From contig NZ_CP179200.1 of NCBI RefSeq assembly GCF_051201565.1, positions 270,001-302,000 on the forward strand: 32,000 bases of DNA, given 5' to 3'. Both the position numbers and the translations under genes were made by a program. Below the pieces are notes generated by a model. It was given only the letters and a program-made list of their open reading frames with translations. It had not been told where the DNA came from and did no database searches. The stretch comes from Pseudothioglobus sp. nBUS_23 (GTDB lineage Bacteria; Pseudomonadota; Gammaproteobacteria; PS1; Pseudothioglobaceae). Positions 1-8,673 of the stretch are shown piece by piece. Each line of letters opens with the position of its first letter. Within the stretch, counting starts at the first letter, position 1.

Positions 1-2
1 CT

Positions 3-458
3 ATAAAGGCTTCATTAAAAACTAAAACACCTATTATTGCAAAAAACAATTTTAATGATTCTGAAGGAACTTTAATCCACCATGATGAATCAAAAAAAGA
101 AGAGGTCGTGGCAATTGCCCATCGTGAGAGCATGGTTTTGATTGAGTTTGCTCTTGAACACAAAGCTGCGAGCCACGTCAATGGTGTTGTTAATATAGAT
201 TCTAGAAGACTACTACTGAATGATGATGTTTATTTAAGCGACAAGTTGGCTCAGCTTGAGGAGAAGCTCGGTTTTTATAAGTTGAGTAGGCACTGGGCAA
301 CAATTTCAGTGGTTTTCAATAATAAAGTGTCAAAAAAACCTGCTGAATTGGACTATGCGGAGTTGCTTGATGCACCAGATACGATTATTAGATATCTCCT
401 TAAAGAACCAAAGGTTAGGGAAACCCTAAAATTCTTACATGGTAGATACACTTCATAA
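3..458 (+). CDS. Hypothetical protein, C-terminal part; the 5' end probably runs off the left window edge
   Basis: The frame of the listed 108..458 ORF stays open back to nt 3 with no stop codon. The GTG at 108 is therefore probably internal. Stop TAA at 456-458. I recognise no motif. Confidence 0.5.
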   Translation: MKASLKTKTPIIAKNNFNDSEGTLIHHDESKKEEVVAIAHRESMVLIEFALEHKAASHVNGVVNIDSRRLLLNDDVYLSDKLAQLEEKLGFYKLSRHWATISVVFNNKVSKKPAELDYAELLDAPDTIIRYLLKEPKVRETLKFLHGRYTS

Positions 459-459
459 G

Positions 460-759
460 TTAAGGTTTGTAACCAGAATTGTTTACATAACTTAGAAGTA
501 TTTCATCAGTAAACTCTGCTTCAAGTTCTGCTGCTTTCTTCTCAACTGGCTCTCTTAAGTCCCCATCCTCAATTTCAGTGACATCATTGTGCCAATCAGT
601 CAGGTAGGCGTCCGCATCTGTTGAGTCACCTACCGTTGCGGCAGAGTCAACGGCTTCCATAAAGCGATTATCTAGCTGAACTTTCTCAACCTCTCTTCTG
701 CTTTTTTTTATCATCACCTGTGTGGGTATATCACGCCATTTTATTACCGTAAGCTTCAT
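460..759 (-). CDS. Small acidic protein (99 aa); from memory it resembles the short family annotated only as 'virulence factor' (Pfam Virulence_fact type), function unknown
   Basis: Complete ORF with a GGAG Shine-Dalgarno about 7 nt upstream of the ATG (reverse complement of 760-775). The N-terminus MKLTVIKWRDIPTQV and the acidic C-terminal half match my recollection of that family. The family assignment is unverified. Confidence 0.6.
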   Translation of the reverse strand: MKLTVIKWRDIPTQVMIKKSRREVEKVQLDNRFMEAVDSAATVGDSTDADAYLTDWHNDVTEIEDGDLREPVEKKAAELEAEFTDEILLSYVNNSGYKP

Positions 760-883
760 CTAATTCTCCAAGAAAACAAAAAACAATTAATCAAATAAAT
801 TTCGCAAAATTCTACCATTAAGTTATTGATGCAATTGCTATAATTAAAGTATATAATTCACGTTTTTTGAGTTTGGATAGGTT

Positions 884-3409
884 ATGAAAAATAAAGCACA
901 AGTAGTTGTCATTGGTGGTGGTGTTGTAGGTGCAGGAACTCTCTATCATTTAGCTAAGAAAGGGTGGACTGACGTTGTTTTAGTTGAGCGTAAGGATTTA
1001 ACATCCGGATCCACTTGGCATGCAGCTGGATTACTGCCATTATTCAATATGAGCTACTCGGTCGGAAAACTTCACCAATATTCAGTCGACTTTTATCACG
1101 ATCTTGAAAAAGAAACAGGGATGAACGTTGGGTTTAGTGTTGTTTCTAATATTCGTCTTGCTAATTCTCAAGATAGAATGGATGAGTATAAATATTACTC
1201 AGGAGTTGGAAGTACTGTGGGTGTAGATGTTAAATTTCTGACCCCAGATGAAGTTAAAGAGGTTTGGCCACTTTGTAATACTGAAGGACTAGTTGGCGCA
1301 ATACAGCATCCAGACGATGGTTATATTCAACCAGCAGATTTAACCCAAGCTCTTTGCAAGGGCGCAAGAAATAGGGGTGCTGAAATATATGAGCATACTT
1401 TGGTAGAAGGCATTCAGCAGCAAAAGGATCAAAGCTGGGTTGTTTCAACTGACAAGGGCGATATTTCATGTCAACATGTTGTCTCTTGTACTGGGAGTTT
1501 TGCAAGAAAAACAGGAGAGATGGTTGGCCTTGATGTTCCTGTCATTCCAGTTGAACACCAATTCTTAGTTACAGAGCAGCACCCAGAAATCATGGAAAGA
1601 AAAAAACAAGGTTTGCCTGAAATGGCCGTTCTTCGTGAATCTGATTCAGCATATTACTTGCGAGAAGAGGCTGGAGGAATGATTCTGGGTATTTATGAAA
1701 AAGGAGCGCCAGCGTGTTATGTTGATGGTCCAAGTAAAGATTGCCAATATGAATTATTTAATGGCGAATTGGACCGCATTATGCCGCATATTGATCGCTG
1801 CATTAGTCGAGTGCCCGCCTTTGGAGAGGTTGGAATCAAAGATATCTATAATGGTGCTATCGCATACACCCCAGATGGTAATCCAATAGTTGGTCCAGCG
1901 CCTGGCTTAAAGAATTTCTGGCTTAACGAAGGCCATAGTTTTGGAATAACTGCCGCTGGCGGTGCTGGTTGGCAATTAGCTGAGTGGATTGTTGACGGAG
2001 AACCAACGGTTGACATGATGGGTGTTGACCCACGACGATTTGGTCCTTATGCAACTAGAGGCTACCTTAAAGAAAAAAATGAAGAGGCCTATGCGAATGT
2101 TTTTACAACTCATTATCCTGATGAAGAGCGCAGTGCTGCTAGACCACTTAAAACTGCACCATGCTATGATCGAATGAAAGCTCTTGGAGCTGTATTTGGA
2201 TCAGTTTATGGATGGGAACGACCTAATTGGTTTATGCCTAGCCTTGATTATTCCCTCAGTGCTGAAGAGTTAAATCAAGAGGATCCAGAAAAAGTTTACT
2301 TGAATAAAAACCATTCAAAGGCATTAGTGGACGGTCGAATTGTAGAGAAAAATTCATTTAGACGTTCAAATTACTTTGAACATGTCGGGAACGAATGCAA
2401 CCACGTTAATGAGAAGGTCGGACTTCTGGATATGTCCGCCTTTGCTAAATGCATTGTTAAAGGTCCTGGAGCAGAGGAGTGGCTTGAGTCTATTTTTGCT
2501 AACAAGATGCCTCTATCTATTGGCAGAATAAGTCTGGTTCATATGCTATCTTTGAACGGAGGAGTTAGAGCTGAGTTTACTGTCTATAAGACTGGTCCAG
2601 AAAGCTATTATCTAGTCTCCGCTGGTGCCTTTGAAACACATGACCACGACTATCTATTTAAACTTGCGCCAAAAGATGGAAGCGTAAGCGTTCAGAGAGT
2701 CACAACTCAGACTGGTGTTTTAGTTCTTGCAGGCCCTAGATCTCGTGATGTGCTGCAAAAGCTTACAGACACTGATTTGTCTAATGAAAATTTTAAGTGG
2801 CTGACTGGGAAGAAAATAAACGTAGGCTATGCTTCTGCAGAGGCCCTTCGTGTTAATTTTGTTGGTGAACTTGGCTGGGAGCTTCATCACCCAATTGAGA
2901 TGCAAAACTATATTTTTGATCAAGTCATGGAAGCTGGAGCGCAGTTTGATATTAAACCATTTGGAATTCGTGCAATGGATAGTATGCGACTTGAAAAGTC
3001 ATATCGATTAATTCCGAGAGAAATGTCAATTGAATACTCTGCGTATGAGTCAGGCCTGGATCGATTCGTTAGGCTTGATAAAGAAGCTGACTTCATTGGT
3101 AAAAATGCACTCAAAGAATGGCAGGATCGTGGAGCCATAAATGGCTTTGTTACTATGGAAGTGTTGGGAGTGACTGATGCTGATGCTAGAGGCTCAGAGG
3201 CCATTTATAAAGATGGTATGGTTGTTGGAAGAGGTACTTCAGGGGGTTATGGATGGCGCTGTGGCAAGTCACTAGCACTGGGCATTGTTAGAAAAGATCT
3301 GACAGCAGTTGGAACTGAACTCGAGATCGAAATTTTAGGTGAAAAGTACAAATCGATTGTGATTGATGAATCACCTTTTGATCCTAATAACGAATGTTTA
3401 AGATCATAA
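884..3409 (+). CDS. FAD-dependent, folate-linked N-methyl amino-acid dehydrogenase of the dimethylglycine/sarcosine dehydrogenase family (DAO-type flavoprotein half plus GcvT-like aminomethyltransferase half)
   Basis: 841 aa. N-terminal VVVIGGGVVGAG dinucleotide-binding fold. SGSTWHAAGL motif, which carries the covalently flavinylated His in DMGDH/SARDH. C-terminal half shows GcvT-like blocks (LLDMSAFAK, GELGWELH, MRLEKSY). The substrate cannot be read from the sequence. Confidence 0.85.
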   Translation: MKNKAQVVVIGGGVVGAGTLYHLAKKGWTDVVLVERKDLTSGSTWHAAGLLPLFNMSYSVGKLHQYSVDFYHDLEKETGMNVGFSVVSNIRLANSQDRMDEYKYYSGVGSTVGVDVKFLTPDEVKEVWPLCNTEGLVGAIQHPDDGYIQPADLTQALCKGARNRGAEIYEHTLVEGIQQQKDQSWVVSTDKGDISCQHVVSCTGSFARKTGEMVGLDVPVIPVEHQFLVTEQHPEIMERKKQGLPEMAVLRESDSAYYLREEAGGMILGIYEKGAPACYVDGPSKDCQYELFNGELDRIMPHIDRCISRVPAFGEVGIKDIYNGAIAYTPDGNPIVGPAPGLKNFWLNEGHSFGITAAGGAGWQLAEWIVDGEPTVDMMGVDPRRFGPYATRGYLKEKNEEAYANVFTTHYPDEERSAARPLKTAPCYDRMKALGAVFGSVYGWERPNWFMPSLDYSLSAEELNQEDPEKVYLNKNHSKALVDGRIVEKNSFRRSNYFEHVGNECNHVNEKVGLLDMSAFAKCIVKGPGAEEWLESIFANKMPLSIGRISLVHMLSLNGGVRAEFTVYKTGPESYYLVSAGAFETHDHDYLFKLAPKDGSVSVQRVTTQTGVLVLAGPRSRDVLQKLTDTDLSNENFKWLTGKKINVGYASAEALRVNFVGELGWELHHPIEMQNYIFDQVMEAGAQFDIKPFGIRAMDSMRLEKSYRLIPREMSIEYSAYESGLDRFVRLDKEADFIGKNALKEWQDRGAINGFVTMEVLGVTDADARGSEAIYKDGMVVGRGTSGGYGWRCGKSLALGIVRKDLTAVGTELEIEILGEKYKSIVIDESPFDPNNECLRS

Positions 3410-3415
3410 AAAATA

Positions 3416-4594
3416 ATGTCAGAAATTAAACACAACTCTAAGCTTCATGAAGAAATGGTGACCTGGCGTCATCATATTCATAAACATCCTGAGCTTAGCT
3501 TTAAGGAGGAGATGACAAGTGACTATATCGCCTCTGTTCTTGAATCTAATAATATTGAAATGCATCGTGGTATGGCTGTGACAGGAATAGTGGCTACTAT
3601 ACATGGCACAAAAAAAGGCAAGGCTATTGGTCTTCGTGCTGATATGGATGCACTACCAATTCAAGAGAGGAATGACTTCAGCCATAAATCTGTTCATGAA
3701 GGGAAAATGCATGCTTGTGGCCATGATGGACATTCAACAATGCTTTTGGGCGCTGCAGTTTACTTAAAAAAGAATAATAATTTTGCAGGAACGGTCCATT
3801 TTATTTTTCAGCCAGCCGAAGAAGGTGGCGGCGGCGGTCGGGTAATGGTTGAGGAAGGTATTTTTGAAAAATTTCCTTGTGAGGCGGTTTATGGTATGCA
3901 CAATTGGCCTGGACTTGCAGAAGGTCAGTTTGCTGTTCACGACACCGCTGTCATGGCGGCTAATGAGACACTGAAAATTACCATTAAAGGAAAGGGCGGG
4001 CATGCCGCAATGCCTGATCAGTGCGTTGACCCAATTATGATTGGGGCTCAAGTTATTTCAGCTCTTCAAAGCGTCGTGGCTAGAAGCGTTGCTCCATTAG
4101 ATTCGGCAGTCATCAGTATTACTATGGTTGATGCAGGGTTTGTGTCAAATGTCATTCCGAATGAAATGAATCTAACTGGATCACTTAGATACTTCAAGTC
4201 AGAGGTTGGTGAGGAAGTAAAGGAAAAAATAAAAAATATAGCTCAAGGGATTAGTCAATCAATGGGAGCGTCAGCAACATTTAGCTCTATTCCAAACTAT
4301 CCAGCAACGGTTAATACTCCAAAGCATGCTCAGCTATGTGCGCAAGCTGCTGAAAAAGTTGTTGGCAAGGAGAATGTATTAAGAAATGAAAAGCCAAGCA
4401 TGGGCTCTGAGGATTTTTCTTTTTTGCTAAATGCCTCGGAAGGCGCTTACATCTGGATTGGCAATGGACTAGTTCCTGAAGATAGCCCTGAAGGTGGCTG
4501 CATGCTCCATAATACTCAGTATGACTTTAATGATGAAATTCTGCCTACTGGAAGTAGCTATTGGGTGGAGTTGGTTAGATCGCTTCTTAAGTAA
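3416..4594 (+). CDS. M20D-family metallo-amidohydrolase (similar to hippurate hydrolase, N-acyl-L-amino-acid amidohydrolase and ILR1)
   Basis: 392 aa. Characteristic blocks WRHHIHKHPELSFKE, MHACGHDGH, FQPAEEGGGGG, HNWP, GKGGHAAMP and SEDFSF. Starts 6 nt after the upstream stop. Confidence 0.85.
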   Translation: MSEIKHNSKLHEEMVTWRHHIHKHPELSFKEEMTSDYIASVLESNNIEMHRGMAVTGIVATIHGTKKGKAIGLRADMDALPIQERNDFSHKSVHEGKMHACGHDGHSTMLLGAAVYLKKNNNFAGTVHFIFQPAEEGGGGGRVMVEEGIFEKFPCEAVYGMHNWPGLAEGQFAVHDTAVMAANETLKITIKGKGGHAAMPDQCVDPIMIGAQVISALQSVVARSVAPLDSAVISITMVDAGFVSNVIPNEMNLTGSLRYFKSEVGEEVKEKIKNIAQGISQSMGASATFSSIPNYPATVNTPKHAQLCAQAAEKVVGKENVLRNEKPSMGSEDFSFLLNASEGAYIWIGNGLVPEDSPEGGCMLHNTQYDFNDEILPTGSSYWVELVRSLLK

Positions 4595-4611
4595 AACTAT
4601 TAAGGCTTGTT

Positions 4612-5376
4612 ATGTTCACTAAGGCAATTGTTAGAACTCCTGGAAAAAGTCTAGTCAATGGTTTATCCGATTCTAAACATCTTGGCACACCAGATTATTC
4701 TAAAGCAATAATTCAGCACCAACAATACATTGAGGCGCTAAAGTCCTGTGGCCTAAAGATCACAGTTCTAGATCCCTGTGAGGAATATCCGGACTCTACG
4801 TTTGTTGAAGATGTTGCTTTAATTACACCGAAATGCACAATCATGACCCGTCCTGGAGCGGAGTCCAGAAGGGGTGAGGTTACAAAAATGACTAAAACTC
4901 TAGAAAGTCAATTCAAAAATCTTGAGTATATTGAGTCACCAGGAACAATAGAGGCAGGAGACGTAATGATGGTTGGGGATCACTATTATGTTGGCTTGTC
5001 TGAAAGAACTAATCTTCAAGGTGCAGAGCAACTAATTGCAATACTTGTGAGGTATGGTCTTAAAGGTTCGACTGTCAGACTTAAGGAGGTTCTTCATCTA
5101 AAGACTGGATTGTCCTATCTAGAAAATAACAAGCTTGTTGTTTGTGGTGAATTTAAAAACGACCCTGTCTTTTCTGGATTTGAACAAATTGAAATTCCTG
5201 AATCTGAGAGTTATGCCGCCAACTGCATTTGGGTTAATGACAATGTTATTATTCCATCCGGGTACCCAATGACGAAGCAAAAAGTTAGCGCTACTGGTTA
5301 CAATGTACTTGAGGTCGATGTGTCTGAGTTTAAAAAGCTTGACGGCGGATTAAGTTGCTTGTCACTAAGATACTGA
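4612..5376 (+). CDS. N(G),N(G)-dimethylarginine dimethylaminohydrolase (DDAH) homologue, guanidino-group-modifying enzyme superfamily
   Basis: 254 aa. N-terminal AIVRTP. Glu114 (GTIEAGD), His162 (VLHLKTG) and Cys249 (GGLSCLSLRY). I counted these positions in the translation. They match the Glu-His-Cys triad numbering I recall for Pseudomonas aeruginosa DDAH. Confidence 0.8.
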   Translation: MFTKAIVRTPGKSLVNGLSDSKHLGTPDYSKAIIQHQQYIEALKSCGLKITVLDPCEEYPDSTFVEDVALITPKCTIMTRPGAESRRGEVTKMTKTLESQFKNLEYIESPGTIEAGDVMMVGDHYYVGLSERTNLQGAEQLIAILVRYGLKGSTVRLKEVLHLKTGLSYLENNKLVVCGEFKNDPVFSGFEQIEIPESESYAANCIWVNDNVIIPSGYPMTKQKVSATGYNVLEVDVSEFKKLDGGLSCLSLRY

Positions 5377-5386
5377 TATTAATACC

Positions 5387-6928
5387 TTAGTGCTTAAAGT
5401 GGCGCATTCCAGTAAAAATCATTGCAATACCATGCTCATTTGCTGCTGCGATTACTTCGTCATCACGCATCGATCCGCCTGGATGAATGATTGCCTTGAT
5501 TCCAGCTTGAGCGGCAGCATCGATTCCATCTCTGAATGGAAAAAATGCGTCTGAAGCCATAACTGATCCTTGAACCTCTAAATTTTCATCTGCTGCTTTG
5601 ATTCCTGCAATTTTGGCTGAATAAATTCTAGACATTTGACCAGCTCCTACACCAATCGTCATTTGATTTTTTGCGTAAACAATAGCGTTGGACTTGACAT
5701 ACTTGGCAACTTTCCAGGCGAACAATAGATCTTTCATCTCTGATTCAGAGGGTTTAGATGCGGTGACGCACTTCATATCAGCAGGATTTAAAGATTCTAA
5801 ATCTTTATCTTGAACAAGAAGGCCGCCAGAGATTTTTTTATAATCAAATGATTTTTGCGCTTTCTCTAGATATCCACACTCAAGAACCCTTATATTTTCT
5901 TTACTTTGAAGAATTGTTTTTGCATCGTCAGCAATTTTTGGAGCTATTATTACCTCAACAAACTGTTTATCAATAATAGTTTTTGCAGTCTTTCTATCTA
6001 GTTCACGATTAAAGGCTATGATTCCTCCAAAGGCAGAGGTTGGATCTGTGAGGTATGCGCTTTGGTAGGCTTCAGATATGTTTTCTCTAGTTGCAATTCC
6101 ACAAGGGTTTGCGTGCTTAATAATAACGCAGCTTGGCTCTTCAAAGTCTCTTACACATTCAAGCGCAGCGTCTGCATCAGCTAAATTGTTATATGAAAGC
6201 GGCTTGCCTTGGAGTTGGGTGCTTGAAGAGACAGAGGCCTCAAACAAATTATTTTCTTTATAGAAGGCAGCACTTTGATGCGGGTTTTCACCATATCGCA
6301 TTGTTTGGGACTTAACAAATTGTAAATTGATAGTATTAGAAAATCCATCACTCTTCCTACCAAGATAATTCGCTATAGCGCCGTCATACTGTGCAGTATG
6401 CTCAAAAGTCTTCATTGCAAGTGACTGCCTTGTTGATAGTGTTGTATCTCCGTTGTCAGTGATTTCATTTAACACTTTTTGATAGTCTTTGCTATCGACA
6501 ACCACTGTGACAGAAATGTGATTTTTTGCGCTTGATCGAAGCATTGCTGGCCCACCAATATCAATGTTTTCGATTGCCTCTTCTTCAGTAGAGTTTGGAT
6601 TTTTAATTGTTTCTTGAAAGGGGTACAAATTAACTACTACAAGGTCTATTGGTTTGATTCCATTTTGCGACATGACCTCTTCATCAATTCCTCTTCTCGC
6701 TAAAATGCCGCCATGAATTTTGGGGTTTAGTGTCTTAACTCTTCCCGCCATCATTTCAGGATAACCCGTAAAATTTGATACTTCTGTCACTGGGATATTC
6801 ATCTCTAGAAGGAGTTTTGCAGTGCCTCCAGTTGAAATAATTTCTATATCGAGTAAGGATAAACTTTTTGCAAACTCAGCGATTCCAGATTTATCCGAAA
6901 CGCTTATTAAAGCTCTTTTGATTGGCAT
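5387..6928 (-). CDS. purH: Bifunctional AICAR transformylase / IMP cyclohydrolase
   Basis: 513 aa. N-terminal MGS-like domain ([10 protein letters not shown]...STGGTAKLL) and the C-terminal AICARFT region. Canonical position downstream of fis. Confidence 0.95.
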   Translation of the reverse strand: MPIKRALISVSDKSGIAEFAKSLSLLDIEIISTGGTAKLLLEMNIPVTEVSNFTGYPEMMAGRVKTLNPKIHGGILARRGIDEEVMSQNGIKPIDLVVVNLYPFQETIKNPNSTEEEAIENIDIGGPAMLRSSAKNHISVTVVVDSKDYQKVLNEITDNGDTTLSTRQSLAMKTFEHTAQYDGAIANYLGRKSDGFSNTINLQFVKSQTMRYGENPHQSAAFYKENNLFEASVSSSTQLQGKPLSYNNLADADAALECVRDFEEPSCVIIKHANPCGIATRENISEAYQSAYLTDPTSAFGGIIAFNRELDRKTAKTIIDKQFVEVIIAPKIADDAKTILQSKENIRVLECGYLEKAQKSFDYKKISGGLLVQDKDLESLNPADMKCVTASKPSESEMKDLLFAWKVAKYVKSNAIVYAKNQMTIGVGAGQMSRIYSAKIAGIKAADENLEVQGSVMASDAFFPFRDGIDAAAQAGIKAIIHPGGSMRDDEVIAAANEHGIAMIFTGMRHFKH

Positions 6929-6975
6929 TTTTTGGGTTTTTTGGTGAAGAAACTCAAGAGTTAAATTATAGACTC

Positions 6976-7206
6976 TTAAAGATTATATAGACTTGCTTTT
7001 TTCTTCAGGGTTGCACGATTTATACCAAGGATTCTCGCAGCTTCGCTTTGATTTTGATTGACTTTGTCAAGAACAAACTTAATAGTTGCTGACTCAGCTT
7101 GTTGAGTGACCATCTTAAACACACCATTCGATGACTCGCCATTCAAGTCAGAGAAATACTTCTCAAGATTATCTTTGATGCTGTCTTGTATACCCCTTTG
7201 CTTCAT
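6976..7206 (-). CDS. fis: Fis-family nucleoid-associated DNA-binding protein, short 76-aa form
   Basis: C-terminal helix-turn-helix [19 protein letters not shown]. The YFSDLNG block aligns to E. coli Fis NYFAQLNG. The ATG overlaps the dusB stop (ATGA), the classic dusB-fis arrangement. Confidence 0.9.
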   Translation of the reverse strand: MKQRGIQDSIKDNLEKYFSDLNGESSNGVFKMVTQQAESATIKFVLDKVNQNQSEAARILGINRATLKKKASLYNL

Positions 7207-8171
7207 ATTGAATACAAAAAATTTTGAAATTTTGAATATTGCTCAGAGTGATCTGTCACCCTGTTAATGCTTGGCCAAAAGGCAAAGCCTTTTTCACGGT
7301 CAAGGTGCATAGAATACCAAAAAATATGCTTTCTGGAAAGCTGTGTACCCATTTTATGTCCATAAAATTCATGAATCTGCTTAATGTGCTTTAATATTTG
7401 AGGTATTTTCTTTTCAAGAGAAGGCTCCTCTGCGTTGCTTCCATCGGTTAGAAACTCATTGATCTGGTTTATCAGCCATGGATTTCCTTGAGTAGCTCTT
7501 CCTAACATTACAGCATCTGCTCCAGTGAAGTTAAGGACATCTCTTGCTTTTTCTGGAGAGTCAATATCACCATTTGCAACAACTGGAATCGATACTTGAT
7601 TTACGATTTTTTTAATTGTTGTAAATTCAGCACTTCCCTTAAACTTTTGCGTTCTAGTTCGTCCGTGAATTGCAATCATTTGGATGCCATTATCTTCTGC
7701 AATCTTAGCAATCATTGGTGCGTTCTTATGGTCATCATCCCAGCCTGTCCTCATTTTAAGAGTAACAGGAACATCTACAGATTTGACGACATTTTTAATA
7801 ATATCTTCAACTAATTTTTCATTTTGCATGAGGGCAGATCCAGCTGCTTTGTTGCAAACTTTTTTTGCCGGACAACCCATATTGATATCAACAATGTCCG
7901 CTCCAAACTCAAGTGCTTTTATTGCAGATTCAGCAAGTTCATCTGCTTCTGAGCCAGCTATCTGAACACTAATTGGAGATTTCTCAGAGCTAAAGTCTAG
8001 GCGATGCTTTGATTTATTTGAGTTCATCAAATGACTTTGAATAACAACCATTTCTGAAGTAGTCAGCCCAGCCCCTTGTTCTCTACAAATCATTCTGAAT
8101 GGTTTATCACTCGTACCTGCCATCGGCGCAAGCAGAACCTTTGAATGGAGTTTGTATTTTCCAATATTCAC
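7203..8171 (-). CDS. dusB: tRNA-dihydrouridine synthase B
   Basis: 322 aa. LAPMAGTSDKPFR and DINMGCPAKKV (catalytic Cys). TIM-barrel Dus family. Located upstream of fis. Confidence 0.92.
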   Translation of the reverse strand: MNIGKYKLHSKVLLAPMAGTSDKPFRMICREQGAGLTTSEMVVIQSHLMNSNKSKHRLDFSSEKSPISVQIAGSEADELAESAIKALEFGADIVDINMGCPAKKVCNKAAGSALMQNEKLVEDIIKNVVKSVDVPVTLKMRTGWDDDHKNAPMIAKIAEDNGIQMIAIHGRTRTQKFKGSAEFTTIKKIVNQVSIPVVANGDIDSPEKARDVLNFTGADAVMLGRATQGNPWLINQINEFLTDGSNAEEPSLEKKIPQILKHIKQIHEFYGHKMGTQLSRKHIFWYSMHLDREKGFAFWPSINRVTDHSEQYSKFQNFLYSI

Positions 8172-8175
8172 TAAT

Positions 8176-8673
8176 TTATAATTTTTTTGATTGCTTTTCG
8201 GCTTTCTTTTTTAGTCTTTTTTGCTTAAGTTTCGATAAATGATCGACAAAAAGTATTCCATTAAGGTGATCCATTTCATGTTGAATACAGACTGCTAGTG
8301 TTTCATCTGCATCAATCTCAAAAGGCTGTCCAAGTTCATTCAAGGCACTAACCTTAATTTCATTAGACCTTTTAACGTTTTCATAGTAATTAGGAACAGA
8401 TAGGCATCCTTCCTCATATTCAATCTCTCCACTTTTTTCTATAATTTCTGGATTGATAAGGCATAGCGGTTCATTACACTCCTCTGATACGTCTATCACG
8501 ATGAGTCTTTGATGAAAATCAACCTGCGTGGCAGCAAGTCCGATTCCTGGAGCAGCGTACATTGTTTCAAACATGTCTTTGACTTGTTTTTTTATCTCAC
8601 TATTAACCTCTTGAACGGGTTTGGCAATTGTTCTTAAGCGTTTATCGGGATATTTTAAGATTTCTAATATCAT
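8176..8673 (-). CDS. def: Peptide deformylase
   Basis: 165 aa with all three signature motifs: [16 protein letters not shown] and HEMDHLNG. Confidence 0.95.
   Translation of the reverse strand: MILEILKYPDKRLRTIAKPVQEVNSEIKKQVKDMFETMYAAPGIGLAATQVDFHQRLIVIDVSEECNEPLCLINPEIIEKSGEIEYEEGCLSVPNYYENVKRSNEIKVSALNELGQPFEIDADETLAVCIQHEMDHLNGILFVDHLSKLKQKRLKKKAEKQSKKL

Noticed and set aside
826-857. 8-bp palindrome GCAATTGC (831-838) with TTGATG and TATAAT-like hexamers in the spacer upstream of the flavoprotein operon, considered as an operator or promoter
   Set aside because: The hexamer spacings are 7, 11 or 20 nt, none of which fits a sigma-70 promoter well. The palindrome is too short to be significant in AT-rich DNA. 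It is only worth revisiting if conserved in relatives.
3824-3838. GGT/GGC run (ggtggcggcggcggt) that looks like a triplet microsatellite
   Set aside because: It encodes the conserved glycine-rich loop after the QPAEE metal-binding block of M20D enzymes. It is a single short run and not an expanded repeat.
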